Shown: positions 38,201-53,200 of the stretch, one piece after another | How the letters are laid out: each line of letters begins with the position of its first letter | Numbering within the stretch: the first letter of the stretch is position 1 | NCBI RefSeq assembly: GCF_031769215.1 | Contig: NW_026782230.1 | Location: 186,001 to 250,000, forward strand | Direction of reading: 5' to 3' | Length of the DNA stretch: 64,000 nt | Source: Ylistrum balloti | Lineage: Eukaryota | Position numbers and translations under genes: made by a program | Notes under the pieces: generated by a model | What the model was told of the DNA's origin: nothing | Databases searched by the model: none | What the model saw: only the letters and a program-made list of their open reading frames with translations

Positions 38201-41200
38201 CATAAATGACACCATTTCTGTCGTAAAATTTTTCTGGGACAACAGATAATGGATTCACACAACTGGTTATAATGTATCGGATCATAGTGTATTTATCAAT
38301 TTACAAACATGATATGCTTGACATTAATGAAGAGAATATGATTGAATCGCTGACAGCATCTTTTTTATTTATTTTACAACAATTTCAAAATGTTTTTGAT
38401 TAAGTTACATTGAGTGCTTTAGTCTCTTGCGGTGTCATTTTTAAAGGCCGGCTGAGTACGAAGGTTCTTAATACTGTGCAAAGAAACTAACCAGGGATTC
38501 GAACCGTGATCGCCTAGGTGAGGGGCGTTACCATTTTTTATGGATAGGATATCTAATAAAAAGTGTTGAATATCAGGAAGAGTGAAATCACTTATAATAT
38601 CACAAGGACTGACGATTTTGAGAGTTAAGTATTTTCATACAGAACATTTTTATATGAAATAATTTTTGCTGAAACATTTTGAACTGATTCAAACTAGTTT
38701 GTCCGCAAGGGATACGTTTACTCTGTCATTTATAAAAGTCTATAACATACATCTACATCAAAATAGAACAATTCACTTAGTTTTGTTGAAATAATAGATT
38801 TTATGGTATTCTCTGATATCACACGACGTTGTGAGAAGTATGAACAGGGAGTGTGATAACGACAAACACATGACGGAATCCTATAGCTTTGATGAACCAG
38901 CAAAAGTCAATCTAAAACACCAATGGGTTAGTAGGAGAACTATTTCAAATCTTTATCACGTAATGTTATATATAGTGGGAATGGAGATCAAACGAATAAG
39001 AGGCAGTATTGATATGTTAATAGTTGCCATGATGGATTAATCTGTAGTGCAGAAGGAGTAAAAAGTGTTGCGTCCAACATTTAGACTGATTGCAGCCATA
39101 ATCGCCGCCCAATGTGAATATGTGGACTCTTTGTAATGCTAGGATTTCAAACCTAGTAAAGAGCTTAATATATGTAGGTAACGATGTTTTAATATGAATT
39201 TGCATATGACAGAAGTTTACATGAAGGATATCAAGAGGAAAAAAATCATAAAACAGAAAAACGGAAATGCGTTGAAAATATAAAATCAAAAGTCAAACGC
39301 ACGTGTGGAAAAAATGACTGTCTGGATCCAGTTAAAGTTGTAAGAGTGAGGACTACCAACCACAGACCTCACCAACATGTGTTTACCCTCAAAAACAACA
39401 AAAGAGACAAGGGAGCAACAGAAACTAACAAAATGGCCAAAAGATTCATATTCTTATAGGTTTTCTCGTTCCGGATCAAACAAAACATATTTCAGTCCTG
39501 CCCCTGTTGAAGGCTGGGTACACGGCCCCTCCGTGTACAAACCCTCCAAAACAGGAATTAGGGGTTCAAAGACACACGCGCGCTCTGCCAGATGCATATA
39601 CCCAGAGAGAGCCAGATGTCTTTAGCCAGTGATCTGGGAGCATTGTACGCATGCCTTGGTCTCAATCTAAGGCTGCACCTGCAAACAATGGATAATCTAT
39701 AGGATATAGAACTTAAGAGTACAATTATACAGGGAAAAAAATTCAGATCGGAGGTACGGTTTTGTGCTAATGCCGAATCCAAGTTACGAGAAAGCAACAC
39801 ACAAGTGTCTTTAAATAAACAAATGGTCAATGATTTCGGGCCATCGCTCCTAAAATATCAGATAATTTACAGTGACATTCATAATCTGTCGTCCTAATGT
39901 CACTATTGTTACCGTGTGATAAAATTTTAGAAAACGGTTGTTGCCATAGAAACATGACAGTAGAGCACGTGACATGCGATAACTAAATAGGACGATTTTA
40001 TTCTGTTTATTGAATATTTGGAAATTAAAAGGGAAATTCTGATTAAACATTAGGGAAGGATATTTTCAATAGAAGTGTGACGACAAATAAAACGTTTAAA
40101 TATCTTACAACGTTTTACATATTGACATACAAAATCCTCCAATATGCAAGATCTACAGATATAAAAGGGATGATATTGTGAGCTGTATGTTTGATATGAT
40201 AACTCCTTCTTTTCAGTTATGCAATCAAAATTTCATATTAATGCTTCAAAATAATTGAAATATTCAAATTAAAAGAAGAAATTATATTTTATTTGCGTCA
40301 TTGGAAACATCGAATATATTTGTGTCAATTACAAAATATTTTACGGAAATAAAATATTGCTGTATAAAGCTTACTGTACTTATGTATCTGGTAGTTTGAA
40401 TGGCCCTAAGACGGGTAAATAGTGATGAATTACCTTATCACGCGAGGCGCGGGATATAAACACTGTTGATTACAATCCAAATACGGATCCTTTGCTGGTT
40501 ACAATACATTGTTAATGCATTACATCGGGACGTACAGCTAATATTTACCAAGGAGTTTGGTCAATATTGGTTTAGCAACCAAAAAATCGCAGGTGCCCAT
40601 CTCATAACGGATTCAAACTCTCAGACAAAATCAAGCACTTCATTCACTGTATTACACAGACGATATATCGACTTTCATAGCTCAAAAGAAATCAAACATT
40701 TTATCCAAAATTCATTACTACCGTGTCCAATATTATCGAGCTGTTTCTGTGGTTAATTAATGGTGTGTGTGTAATTTTAAATGTAATATTTCCGATATAT
40801 CTGTGAAAATTTCCTGTGTACATAATCCCGTGTGTGTAAAATCTCAGGCTCTATCCGATATGTGGGCCTGGTATACAGGTGTTTACAGGAATGTTTACAA
40901 TAATATATACAGTGGAAATACAACACACTATTGATACAAACACACATTCATAAACAATTCTTGTCCTATAAAATAATCGAAAAGGCCTACCCAAATATTC
41001 TAGGGGTATTTGACCAAACCAAGACAGGGTTTCTGAATGGCCTTTTTTGTATTATAAGACGAGAAGGGATTCCAAAATCCCATAATTACTCATCATAGTA
41101 TAAGTGGCACAACCAAAGGGGCATTCAGTACTAATTTGATATACTTGTGGAAAGTACCTTTTCATACAAATTTAGAGTTAGATACAGTACAGACAAACAA

Positions 41201-44200
41201 TGAATAAAACTGCATCATACAGCTGTTTCGTCCTTTTAAGTATATTCTTGAAATTCTGTACATGTAATATTTTGTACAATCTTCAACACTGAAGGTGGTT
41301 AGATCCCGAGGTCTGCCGTAACCTGCATGCTACGTTTCACTCCATGTACTTGACCTTTTTCTAAAATTATTCGATATATAAAAATCAATCAAATGATTGA
41401 AATCAAATTATTAATCGTTTTACGGTTAATAATGACATGTATTGTAATCAAAGATTATTAATCAAAACTCACAGAAAATAGATTAAACACGGAGTTATGT
41501 TTCCCTCCAATTGCTATTTTGCTATTTCTTAAACATTACATTCCTTATGGGGATGGCGACGTACCGATTAGACTTATACCAAGGTATGCATCCGGAATAA
41601 AGAGAGAATAAAAAAATATACACATGAACATCAACAAAGTAATCTATGTATTTCATTTCGAACAATTCCTGGCACAGCAGGATTCCGGATAGCTACAATC
41701 CGACCTACCGGAACGTATTAGAATGGACCACCATTACAATGTTTACACATCGTCATATAACTTAATTCGGGATACGCTCAGTGTTAAATAAACGTTATAA
41801 TACGGAATGATTAAGCTTTTATAATTTTGACACAAGAGGTTAAAAGGATTACTGTAGGTCAATCCCTAACATCTTGTCGCCAAATAGCTGGCCTTTTGTA
41901 TCGAAGATCACGCCTATAATTATACGCATAATGCAGTCTTTACAGTTTCTGAAAGCAAACCAAACGCAATGAACTTAACTTTATAATTCCGAGTTAGGGG
42001 ATAAGAGCATTTTAAATTTCATAGTTGTGGCACTTGAATTGCACTTTTTTCTATAACAAATTACATTTAAAATGAATATTATTTTCTGTGTATTTTATAC
42101 AGTTTTTAGTTCGTTTCAGAATTTTTAATTGATTTGGGTACAATTTCCATTACATCTTGGACAGGTTACCTCAGTACAGTCTTTGATAGAAGATTAGAAC
42201 ACAACTAAACAGGATTTGTCAAAGATTGGTCGACCATATCGAAATATGACGTAATATTGTGGTAAGAACCTTCACAGCGGAATAATTAAAGATTTCATTT
42301 GATTATGATATATAACGGGTTTTGTTACAAGAATCTTATAAAAATGTACATCATAGCTTGAATTTTATGGAGAATCTTTCAATCAGATTTTATATTTTAT
42401 TCCTGTAAAATTGATTTCTGGCAAAGAAATGTATCAACATTACAAGCAACGCCTAGATATTATATTGATATTATATGCAAATTAACATTTTTAATCTAGT
42501 TTAAATTTTCTGAGTAAATTGGCACGATGACCACGTTTGTTATCGACCCACTAACGATAATTAGGGATGTATTTTGGTGTGTTTGTGCCTTGGTGTCTAG
42601 GTATAACCATATTCCATTCTTAAAGTTTAATTCTGGCATGTCGTATTTTAAATATTTCATCAACCAAAATGATTGAGATTTTCTTCAAAGCCTCGACACA
42701 AACATGTTAATAAGCATAAAATTATAACTCGGTTTGCTTCCGAACGTACTCTTGTTCACATTGCTATAACTAGATCACGACAGCCTGGTAGCACTTTTAA
42801 TCGGACTGGTTGGCAGTAACATAATTTGCATACGTTGTACGATCTAGCACCATCCTCAACATATTCCACCTTTCATGACGAAGAATAAACACAGATTGAA
42901 TTTTGGTCTAGAAGTTTGTACACGCCGCAACAACAAACTGAATGAGAGAAGAGGGTCGTTAGGCCAGGAGTATCAAAGAGGGCGAAACAATGAAAGAATT
43001 GGATATTGAAAGGCTGGCTAAATTAACGGCCACGCCCCCTCCTTGTGTTGTCAAGATTCCGTCGACTAGCCGTTTGATTAGACTCCTGTCATACGCGTGT
43101 CTTCTAGGGGCTTAATATTCGCAAAACAAGCGTGCACATGCATGTGCGTTCTCTTCCATGTACCGCCATGGTCGAGTGCCGACAATTCCAATTTACTTAG
43201 CGTAGAACATGCGGTATGCCTCCTGGATGTAACAATGCTATCTAAATGCATGGAAAAACATGTTGTATATTAATTATCGGGTAAGACACATCCGTCTGTC
43301 TCAAAATACGTCGTTAACATTATTTTTTATTTTACGCGCGCCATTTAAATGTTTCCCGTCTGATTTCAGTATAACGGTATATCATCTGGTTTTTTTGATA
43401 GAATATTTCATTAACATCATAATAATGTGTCGAGCGAAAATGGGGATGCTCATAAATGCTGTGGGTATTTATCACAGTGATGCTATATCACAAAGTTAAA
43501 CTCCAAAAGGTTCTACAGTTAAACGAAATAGTTGAAGCAGTACACAACTAAGTTTTCATTGATACCTGTCAATCATCGAGAGACAAACGAGTTAAACACA
43601 CAAATTATATCTGATATCCATAAATATTTCATGAAGTATTTTGATAATAAATAGAACAGAAAAATAATCTAGAAACGTTTTCCTTCTTGCAGAATTAAGA
43701 AAAAAACATCGGACACGCATTGACACAGCGTCACCGGCATGTATCGCCAAGAAAGTTTTGGAAATCAGCGAAAAACGAATCATCATATTTCAGAAAGCAC
43801 CGAACTCCCTCCCCAAGCATTGATGACTACTGGCTGGTAAATCAATTTTCTGGAGTTCATACAAGTGCATAGCCCCGATAGAATTCTCTTACCAACTGTC
43901 ATTTTCCGAACTTTGAATTCATGCGAAGGAAAATCAAGTTCGCTCTGACGTTTCCTGTAGCCCAAGCCGTGCTTTTCTTGCCCCGAGACGATTTGAACCA
44001 ATGACAGCCTGCCTCCTGTGTCAATAAAACCGCGAATGTTTCGGAATCTCGCACCTGGACCCCAGTTTTAGACAAAAATAGTGCTGTCTGCTTTGTTTCT
44101 ATCGTTGTTGGTTTGTATTTCCGAGAAGGAATACCATATTCGAACTATCTTCATATTTCTAAAACAAATTCATTATATTTGTAATAATAAAGATCATTGG

Positions 44201-47200
44201 AAGAGAAAACATGTAGTTTTGATTTGGGTAAGTGTGGCAATGCTAAGTAGACCATGCTCCCCCAAACTCTCTCCTGATCACTTTTTCAGAGATAATAGAA
44301 AGCTTATAGGGAATGTTTCCAGGCGGGACACTCGCAATAGGTGGTCTGTAGAAGAAAAGAGCGGGAAACATGTTGTGGAGTCCGTGTGTCTTACGCATGT
44401 TTAGGATTCCCTGAAGTGAAGAAAGATGCGATGACGGTAAATTACACGTCGAGACAGACCTCCTAAATGTTGATGCAAAAAATGTCAACACCAACGTGAA
44501 AGCACGACTTGGATAACACCACAATGTTTGCAGGAGTAGTACTGATTGTCTCCAACCTTACACAAGCACCATGTATTATGATGGTAATGCTAACTCAAGC
44601 GTAGTTATGAAAACACGTGTTTTTGCTGTACCTGAATTCATCGTCTTGTTTGTTTTTTTAAATTCTGTTTAAGATAACTTTTCACATTGTGTCACTGCAA
44701 ATACCGTTGATAAATGATAATTATGTGAAGGCATACGATTTTCACGTTAGCATTGAAACGAGTTTTGGTCTTCACTATAGAGTTTCATCGTTGTTTTCAA
44801 TGTAAAGTTCACGATTCAACTCTGTCCTAAAAGAGGACTGAAAGTGAAAACCGCTCAAGAGTAACAATTTTTAACCTTTACAGTTTTCCACGCCAATTTC
44901 TTTATTCTTATTTAATTTAAGGAACCATTAAAACACTTTTTGTTTTGCTTTTCAAAAACGCTAGATCAAGACGTACTTTTTAAAATATTTTTTCTCTTTA
45001 AAATAAACTTCCGATAACATATCAATGGCGTTCAATTAATATTGCGAAATGTTTTGTTCACTAGATACAAATTGCATCTAGCTTATCGGTTACTTTGTTC
45101 TGCATAGTTAGCGTTTTGATATAATTATTTTGTTCTGTTTCATTTACAACAAATGTATTTTTTACCAAAGTCCTGGAAATTAAATTTTGATGTGAATTCA
45201 AATATAGTATTTCGGTATGTTTAAAGCTAGTTACGATGACGCTGTGGAAATAATTCGGTAGAATTTTAAACACATTTTAAAATACATCTTTAACATTCAA
45301 CATCTTCAATTCTAAAGAGAAACATATTTAATGTTCACCAAAAACTTTCTTCAAAACATTTTTTTAATTAGAAAAGATACAATGTTTATGTGTGTTATCA
45401 AAAAAAAGGGAAGATTTTTCATATCTTCTATCGATACAATATTATCTGATTCATCATCTAGATTCAACATGGACAAAAATAAAGTTCTACCAGTCAGCTG
45501 TCATGTTGATGTAATAAACAAATCGAATTATTTTTCTGACAAGTTTACAACATATTTATAGACAAAAATGATGTATATAAATTAATATCACTACGGAAAA
45601 CGATATACGATGCAGGATATCGGCACACAGCAAATAAAATATATTTTATGTGTCCGCGATATTACAACAAACATCAAACTGAATGTATTTACATTTTGTG
45701 TATCTGAAAAAAAAACAGAGATATTATTTCCGAAATTGTGCTGAAATGACAAACACTTTTATTATGCACAATAACACATTTATTACATTTACCAAAAAAA
45801 AAAAAATAAAACTCAATTATATGCACCAATAAAATTGTATACGCACAAACTGCGTACCAGTTTTACAGTCGGCAAACAGACGGGTAGTATTTACATCAGT
45901 GTCAACAATGACCAAATATTACCGACCACCTGTACGAAGGTCTCAACAGCTATCATATGCTTATCCTCAAGTACACTATCACCTACCAAGAAATGGGCCA
46001 TAGAAAATCAGTCAGGCGAGCCTTATGAAATTATAGCCCTTAAATACACATTATCCTGTTTCCATTGATTTCCCAGTGTGCCCCGTGTCTTTCAGTGAGG
46101 CAGGTTTTTCGTCTGTTCGGGATTCGATTCTTTATAGAAAAATAACCACATTTATACTGAATTCAATATTACCTAGTTTTACTTTAGTATGTTGACTAGT
46201 GTGAATAGGCAGCAATGTTTCATTTTTTAATTTTAAAAAATTCTGATGTTAAGCACTGAATTTTAAAGAAATATATAGTGTAGCATAATATGCATAAAAT
46301 TGTAGCTAAAATCCTACATGATATAAATTCTGAGAGACGGAAATATAAAATTTGCGTTGTAACTTCGAATTTTCGCTGTCAAATTTGATTTCAGTTGAAA
46401 TATTTATTTACGGTTGAAACATCTATCGCTTTAAAAATATCATACGCAAATAATATCATTAAAAATATTCTCCAGAGAAATGTAACATTTTATCATACCC
46501 GTGAAAATATAGACGATATTCCGTTCAATAAATGCTAAATATCCACAGGTCACCTAATGTCGTCTAGATTTGCGGTAGTTATGGAAACGAAACGGAAAAA
46601 TGAATTCTAAAACAACGTGGTTTTATCGAGAAAAGTTTCATTCTCTCATTAAGATATAGTTGTTGTAATTGATTTCAAAATCGATATCATAAAGATGCGT
46701 GTGTAGTATTTTCAATATTGACAAATTATGTCTGTAAATTTCCTGCGGAAATATAATGATGACGTGTTCCTTGATGGCGACCCCACATTAACAACATCCC
46801 TCCCGGTAATCGTTCATCCATACTCCCAGGATATTGAACCATAATCGGACAAAACAATCCGGAAATAGACTCTCCGTAGACCGGTCCTTTGATACTTGAG
46901 TTAATTTTTTTTTATACTTCAAAATTGATATACAAACAGGTCTGTAGAAACACGTCTTTACTTGGTGATTTTAACCTAATCTTAAATATGTAACCGGATT
47001 TTCTTTATAAGTTATCCACACTCAACAAGTGGAGACATTTTATAGGATATGTAGAACTATTTAAATGCTAGATTTTGTTTCCAAACGCAGATTAACGTGT
47101 TTCAAAATGAAAAAAAAAATTTTGTCACATTATTTTGATAATAGCTACTCTACTATTTTAAAGTTACAATTGATAATTTATGAAAAGTTGTAGAAATTAG

Positions 47201-50200
47201 TTACATATTAATTCTAGTTACCTACTGTACACTATAAAATTAGTAACTCTGTCTCTTTTAAAAGTTACGATTCATGTTTATATATTAATTTCAATTACTT
47301 CCTGTACATTGTAATATTCTGCAAGAATTTACAAAAGACACACAAGTGAAGCACACCTTTTAATACAGAGTTAGATACAGTAGGGCCAAACAATGAATTA
47401 AACTGCATCACCGAGTAGTTTTCGTTCATCAAGGACTCGTCAGTGATGCTAAGGGCCTAATTTTTTGAAGCCTGGGAGATGACTGAGGAAATAATAAGTG
47501 TTTAAAATAAAAGTGAAAATCCGGAATGGGAGGTGAACTTATAATATCATATTGACGAGTAAATTAATTCCTTCTATTGTCTCTCAGTTAAGTCGTATAT
47601 AATGTTTTTCTTTTCTTACAATGTAAGATAAGTTTGGTATTGTGATATTTGCAATTTTGTAACAGTGATAAAGTTAAAAAAAAATGTAATAAAATTTTGA
47701 AATATTTTAGTATAAGCCACCTTCGCAGAATTTAAACATTACCATTACTGTATTTTTTTTTGTTACTTGCATACCTGAAAGTTTCTATGTTTAGATGGAG
47801 AGATGATTGGTGGAGACGCAATTCTAGACGATTTAAATGTGTTTATCATACAACGTGTCTCTCTTCATGATAGAAATAGAATCAAATTACTTATCTATCA
47901 TCAACTTCATGACTTTTAAAAATTAATTAAATGTCATATGTTTATTGATATACAAAGGAATAGGCGGCCGTTTTGTACAAAAATTTGTCCTTCACTACAG
48001 AGAAAAACGCCATCTTCAATGTAAGTGTTAAATCAGTGAAAACATCTCTGTTTAAGGTATGTGTCTAGATTCTCATTGTCTACGAATACGGAAATTAACA
48101 TAAAAGACATGCGACTTATTATCTGTAATTCAACAAGGAAAATAAAAGTATAAAATTTCAGTTTGAACTGTTCAGATTCCAACCTGTTACGCCATCAATT
48201 ATTTTTAATTACAAACTAATTAATTTCATTATGGTCCGGAATTTTTGGATTCTTTGAGCGGGTAAGGTTACTGGTAGTGATTTACGGACACGGAGAATTC
48301 ATTATGTTGAACAGCAGTGCCAAGGTATAACATTATCAAAGTTACCCTGGTCCTGAAATCTGAAATACAGTATATACAACACAAAAAATCATACATTCAA
48401 CCATTCAACAACTCACAACAGAGTCTAATTAATGCCTTCCCAAGCACAGAATGCAAACCCGATAATGACGCAATAGAGAGGAAGACAATGTAAGTTACGA
48501 CACAGGTAAAACTTTGATGATGATCAAGTCAGCATTACTCTTTATAAATTTCATTCTATCGATCTAATCCTGCATAAAACGTCATATTTGATGCTTTTAT
48601 CACCAGGACCATACTCCAATACTTCTTTATAACTGAGGGACTTTTTAAAAAAATTCTTTCCATTTTTTAATGTCCTTGATTTTGATTATCGACTCTTCAT
48701 ATCCTGTTTCAAATAGGTTCATAAATATTTAACTGTTTTAATTGATGTTTTGTTAATTGGTGTTTGAGGGTACAGCCCTTTATAATATCTCTAAAAGTTA
48801 TGTGGTTCTGTTTTTGCGGGAGTGTAGTATTCACGACGGCAGTAATGAGTGGAGAGCATGCCTTTTAGTGACCAGACCGGACTGAACGTTTTAGTTCAAA
48901 AGTATTGGTTGTTTTAAGGTAGTCACTGATACCGAAGTTGTGACATCGTACCGTTCTACAAAATACCATCGGCTAAAATGTAGTGAGATTAGACAGCAAC
49001 TTCTAGGGGGGGGGGGGGGGGGGGGGTATGCGGTTTTAGATAATTTAACATCTCATCTATTGATATTTTAAAGTGTTATGAAACATAAAATAGCGGATTT
49101 ATTTGTCACTGTCCAAGTTGGAACACCAAACGGAGTACACCAATTATTTGCCATGTCGATGTCCAGCTACCATTTTGTCCTCTACCTTCCCTCTAGAGCA
49201 TCTAGCCCGGTTACTAAGCCATAGTTACTCCCGATTTGTAAATAATGATCATACAAGAATGCCTAAAATGATAATGCTTTTCTCACTGATGTTGGTAAGT
49301 TTAGTCTATTCGGTAATGGATTAATGTTTGGTATACATTACTGACTTAACATGGCTGCGCTCATAATTTCCAGTTGTAAAGAAGTGAATTTAGAGTTGGA
49401 TGAAGATACACAAATTGTATTCGGTTGACTAAGAAGGGATTTGGTTTGATATCTATGTAGAATTGTGAGTTTCTTCAACGACCGTTGTTGATGTAATGAG
49501 TTTTCACCAACTACATTTAACGTCATTACCTCATTAGCATGTTTGTACAACGTGAAAATTGTTTCCATGCCACTGAAAATATCTAAGAATTGGGACAGAA
49601 AGTATAATCTGGAAGATGTTGATAATTGTTATTAGTTTAGAAATTGTCTGGTATATTGTATTTACATGTAAAAACATCAAAGATCTACCAGTAGAGCTAC
49701 CTGTGATGTACTTACCTGTCATAAAATGTAAGATCTACCTGTGATGTACTCACCTGTACTAAAATGTAAGATCTACCTGTGATGTACTTACCTGTAATCA
49801 AATGCAAACACTACCTGTGATGTACTTACCTGTAATCAAATGCAAACTCTACCTGTGATGTACTTACCTGTAATCAAATGCAAACACTACCTGTGATGTA
49901 CTTACCTGTAATCAAATGCAAACACTACCTGTGATGTACTTACCTGTAATCAAATGCAAACTCTACCTGTGATGTACTTACCTGTAATCAAATGCAAACA
50001 CTACCTGTGATGTACTTACCTGTAATCAAATGCAAACTCTACCTGTGATGTACTCACCTGTAATCAAATGCAAACTCTACCTGTGATGTACTTACCTGTA
50101 ATCAAATGCAAACACTACCTGTGATGTACTTACCTGTAATCAAATGCAAACTCTACCTGTGATGAACTTACCTGTAATAATCTTCTTTACAGTAAATATT

Positions 50201-53200
50201 TCCATCTCGTGCAAAACACGTGAGTTCTGTATCCAATCGAATTTTGCATTCACAACACTTGAGGCATTGCATGTGCCACTGTCGATCCACAGCTAGGAGA
50301 TAGTGCCTGTCTAATATCCGGGCCCCGCACCCGGCACAGAAACTCGGGATTTCACCGTTGTTAAGGACTGGCATCGTCTGTAAAGAGGGGACATTGTTAT
50401 AAAGAGGGAATGCAGATCATATATATATATGTCATTGTGGAATAACCTTTATATGTAATGGTTCTATGTGGAGTGAAAATACGAATAATTTTCATTGAAA
50501 CCCATAAATTGTAGCATAACGAGGAAATAAACACCACATATAGCGCTATTGTTAAAAAGGGCATAATCAAGTAGATATTGATGTGGTAAAAGGAATCATT
50601 CATCCAACAGTCAATATAAGAAGAGAGTGCGTTATTTTTTTTAACTAAAAGTCATTATATAAACACATGCATTTGTATAGTTTCTAGATGAAACTTACAA
50701 ATCCAAATGTTTGTATTTATCGATATTTATGAAAAGCGATTAGGCTTGCGCAAGAGTACACAGTCTTGTCACTACTTAAACCGATTGTAAATCTGCAAAG
50801 TTTGCCTACATAAACTAATAATTTGACCTCGGAACTATTTTGTTGCTGTTCGCGTTGTCAATGACGCCAAAGTGGCGATACTTATTACTTCCGGTATAAT
50901 ACGACTGCTCAGTTGACCTCTGCACTGTTCTCACGGTGTGTATTGAGTAATTTGGTAATTCTTAAATGAAAATCTATCATAATCAAATGTAAAAACAAAG
51001 CTTGCTACTTCTTTTCTGTACCTGATTCGAAGTGTATTTACAATGGGGAAACCACAAATTTAGCTTGTTCTTGTAGCGAAACTTGTAGGTGATCACTGTC
51101 AATTAGTGGTACATTGCTGGCGTTTTAAATATGCTCACTTTCCTTTACAGGACGGCATATTCCTATCCGTTCCTGCACCTACGGAGTGAATCCCGCCCTC
51201 CATACGTCGTTGTACGTGGAGGCAGGCGTGTCCCCTGCATTGCTTGGAGGGCATAGAATCTCTCCCGTGGTGGGATAATGTGTTGACCGAACTTTTGACT
51301 ACAGGTTTCATCAACCATGTCAGTATCGTTAGTGCCACAAGGTCCGATTACTATCTGACGTGGTGATAGATTTAGTGCGGTCTACAGGGCGACAGCATCA
51401 GTCGACTCACACTTCAACCCTTGTCACACAACACTCATTTACCAACCTCATACCCACCCCCCGCGGCTTATACCCCTGTTACACAACACTCATCCCCCAC
51501 CCTAATACCCGTCCCCGCGGCTTATACCCGTGTTACACAACACTCATCTCCAACCTCATACCCCGTCCCCAGCCGCTTCATACTCTTTTCACAAAAAATA
51601 TGTTTTCTTGATTACTTTGAAATAATACAACGGGAAATTTTACATAAACCAATATTTTTATTCATCATTTACATCAATTGTACATTTAATCAGTAAATCT
51701 AATGGTGCTTAACTTGTTGTCACAGAAATCATTTTAAATCTCTGTTCCTTATCAAAATATAATTATACTTAATTATGGATGGATGTGTATTCGGGGTCAA
51801 TGAAGAATTCGTTACTACTGTTGGGTCCTACTAAATTCAGCCGGATTCCATTGCATTGTCAGAAGTCCGTACTGTTGGCTCTAAGGTACTGGTCTGTTAG
51901 ACTGGCTCCATACTTTTGGATCGAAGGTACTGGTCTGGTGGATCCAGGGTAGGGTCAATCACTCTATAAAATATACATTTAAGTACTCGTCTTTAGGGTA
52001 CTTCGTACTGTTGAATCTAAGGTGCTCATCTTTAGGGTACTCCGTACTGTTGAACCTAAAGTACTCATCTTTAGGGTACTCCGTACTGTTGAATCTAAGG
52101 TACTCATATCTAGGGTACTCCGTACTGTTGAATCTTAGGTACTCATCTTTAGGGTACTCCGTACTGTTGAATCTTAGATACTCATCTTTAGGGTACTTCG
52201 TACTGTTGAATCTAAGGTACTCATCTTTAGGGTACTCCGTACTGTTGAATCTTAGGTACTCATCTTTAGGGTACTCCGTGCTGTTGAATCTTAGGTACTC
52301 ATCTTTAGGGTACTCCGTACTGTTGAATCTTAGGTACTCATCTTTAGGGTACTCCGTACTGTTGTATATCTACCGTACTCTTCAACCAGATATACTCAGC
52401 ACTATTCGTTCTTCTGGTTTGGTTCTCCATCGCCATGAAATTTCGTTGAGTTGTCTGTCGGATATCATCATGCAAATACGTCCATCTTTGTGCCACTCAA
52501 CAAAAAAAAATCTCTTGGCTTCCAGTTATTTCTGTCAGATTATCAACAACCCCGTGTAACATTAGAAACTAATTTTGGCGTTCGACTTAAGATAACATAC
52601 CCTTGATATTTATTTTCACGAAAACCTCATACTTTTTAGTTTTGTACAAGAATTTATGAGAAGTAAAATTGAAATGCAGAAAATAACAAAAAATTTTTGC
52701 TACTAAAACCTACAGCAGATACGGTTGGAGGGCGGTTCACCGACGTACAACATTGTCACTTACCATCAGAATCATTCCAGCTACACACTAATATTGTTAA
52801 AGCGTTTGTTTGCCAACTCTTCAGAGCAGCGTGAACGATATTCCGTCAATCACGGGACATTGAATGATACAGAGACAGGGCTATAATTAGAGCGGGGTCA
52901 GGCTGGACTAAAACCTTAATTATTAGATCCGAAGGGCTTCCGATATCGGCTCCATGATAAGGCTTTGATACATCACAGGCTGAGAGCGTTCCGAACATTA
53001 AAATCATAGTCCCACTATCTCAGTGGAATTTTTGTCACTCTGCGGAGATCTACAGTAAATTTGTCACTCTGGGGAAATGTAAATTTAGGTAGATCTACAT
53101 TTAGGTAGATAAACATTTAATTTATCTTTCTGGGTAGATCTAAACTTAGATAGATCTACATTTAATTTGGCTTTCTGGGGAGATCTACTGTTGGGTAGAT

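Noticed and set aside
52011-52559. 182-aa ORF of NLRYSSLGYSVLL repeats
   Set aside because: Translation of the 39-bp minisatellite, antisense within intron 1.
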